Source: an uncultured Pseudomonadales bacterium (lineage in GTDB: Bacteria; Patescibacteriota; Microgenomatia; UBA1400; PJMF01). Taken from it: a stretch of 25,510 nt of DNA. The notes beneath the pieces are model-generated. The model was not told the DNA's origin. It did not search any database and was given only the letters and a program-made list of their open reading frames with translations. Shown in pieces: positions 24,669-25,510 of the stretch. Every line of letters begins with the position of its first letter. The stretch's first letter is position 1. Location: NCBI GenBank assembly GCA_964493195.1, contig CAZBMX010000001.1, positions 1 to 25,510 of the forward strand. Reading direction: 5' to 3'. Made by a program: the position numbers and the translations under genes.

Positions 24669-24770
24669 AATATCTGCAGTTTTGTGCTGAGGAGAGTACC
24701 TGAAGGCTCACCGAGTGAGAGTGCTAACGTGGAGACTTCATACTCGACGAAGTACAAAACTGCAGATATT
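24669..24770 (+). ncRNA. Candidate structured ncRNA / hairpin element E2 (same family as E1), abutting tRNA-Leu
   Basis: 20-bp inverted repeat (24669-24688 / 24751-24770, one G-U pair on the + strand), GAGGA/GACGA internal loop, then GTACCTGAAG (24696-24705), N30 and CTTCATAC (24736-24743). Confidence 0.65.
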
Positions 24771-24851
24771 GCCGAAGTGGCGGAATGGTATACGCGCACG
24801 ACTTAGAATCGTGTGGAGCAATCCTTGGAGGTTCGAGTCCTCTCTTCGGCA
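24771..24851 (+). tRNA. tRNA-Leu(UAG), CCA not encoded
   Basis: Acceptor stem GCCGAAG/CTTCGGC plus discriminator A, D-loop GGAATGGTA, anticodon arm CACGA-CTTAGAA-TCGTG, long variable arm, T-arm GGAGG-TTCGAGT-CCTCT. Followed by CTG rather than CCA. Confidence 0.96.
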
Positions 24852-24893
24852 CTGGTGATTTTCTTAGTAAGTGAATTTCACAAAAGATTAAAA

Positions 24894-25510
24894 ATGCCAG
24901 AAGTAGATCAAGTTGTTTCTAGTGTTAGGTTGGCTGAGGACGGTGCGTCAGATAGCTATTATCGATTTCTCAAGGAGAAGGAGAACCGAAAACATGCAGG
25001 TCAAGAAACTGACACACTTTTAAGCCAAGAACTTTCATTTGTCAGGGAGGGTCTTGTTATTGCAGATCTATCGATTCTGCGGAAAGAGGGAACATTTCCT
25101 GCATCAGAGCGTTACAGAGATAGATCTACTGCACAGATACCAATTGCATTGTTACATGACATGTTGGATCGTAACGATATGTACGATATCTCTGGCACCG
25201 ATTGGAATGTTCTTGACCAGAAAATTTTGCAGTTTTCCTCTGATAATCAAGCAATTTTAGCACGGTTGGGAATTACTTCAATCTATGATATGGATCCTGC
25301 CGCCGCTGCTACTCTGTGTTACGAGATAGTAAAGTTTTATATGGAACCAGATCAGGAAATGGCTAATCAAATGACAGGTGAGGCAGCATTACTCGCTGAT
25401 AGAAAAACTGCTGACCAGCTGATTATTGATAAAAAAGGCATATGCAGGCATTACACTAAAGTCGCAGTTGCACTGTACAGCAGGTTTAAACAAATAGATA
25501 AATTTGGATA
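24894..25510 (+). CDS. Partial transglutaminase-like protein, truncated by the window end (absent from the ORF track)
   Basis: Open frame from ATG 24894 (MPEVDQVVSS...) to the edge, ending KKGICRHYTKVAVALYSRFKQIDKFG. G-x-C-R-H-Y matches the catalytic-Cys helix of transglutaminase-like proteins. AT-richer than the preceding genes. Confidence 0.65.
   Translation, partial: MPEVDQVVSSVRLAEDGASDSYYRFLKEKENRKHAGQETDTLLSQELSFVREGLVIADLSILRKEGTFPASERYRDRSTAQIPIALLHDMLDRNDMYDISGTDWNVLDQKILQFSSDNQAILARLGITSIYDMDPAAAATLCYEIVKFYMEPDQEMANQMTGEAALLADRKTADQLIIDKKGICRHYTKVAVALYSRFKQIDKFG

Noticed and set aside
24701-24727. CIRCE (HrcA operator), suggested by GAGTGCTAA at 24719-24727
   Set aside because: The left half TGAAGGCTC matches TTAGCACTC at only 5 of 9 positions, no chaperone gene is adjacent, and the homologous E1 lacks the word.
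24687-24750. Hammerhead ribozyme, suggested by CTGAGGA (CUGANGA) in E2
   Set aside because: There is no GAAA after the putative stem II and no NUH site in the right geometry, and E1 lacks the motif.
335-25260. Many short ORF-track entries antisense to or nested in the main genes (e.g. 9406-10017, 13707-14213, 3990-4397, 25039-25260)
   Set aside because: They are shadow frames of well-supported genes, with no recognisable motifs or translation signals.

Overview
This is bacterial chromosomal DNA read with the standard code (TGA serves as stop in lexA and the CofE-like gene). The gene set and protein divergence suggest a Patescibacteria (CPR), Microgenomates-like genome, which is an inference. 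The left half is a nucleotide-excision-repair region on the minus strand (uvrB, uvrA, a membrane-anchored transglutaminase-like gene, uvrC), interrupted by an AT-richer plus-strand gene for a divergent ABC-ATPase/membrane protein. The middle holds a CofE-like ligase, a Nudix hydrolase, a 70-aa orphan, an EndoIV/xylose-isomerase-like TIM-barrel gene, pduO and lexA. The right half is a minus-strand sugar-phosphate/glycolysis cluster (PMM/PGM, PGI/PMI, degenerate PpsA-like, eno, gpmI), then a holA-like gene, a ygjP-like gene, tRNA-Leu(UAG) and a partial transglutaminase-like ORF. The most striking unexplained signal is a pair of homologous ~100-nt rod-shaped hairpins at 15584-15679 and 24669-24770. 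They share the core GTACCTGAAG-N30-CTTCATAC, show compensatory changes inside N30 and have unrelated 20-23 bp outer inverted repeats; one has its own candidate promoter and U-tract, the other abuts tRNA +1. Other points of note: a dual-coding overlap across the UvrC GIY-YIG motif, an enolase lacking its catalytic Glu next to an apparently dead PEP-synthase homolog, a ~68-aa UvrB insertion and a candidate direct-repeat LexA operator. No CRISPR array, transposase or integrase was seen.
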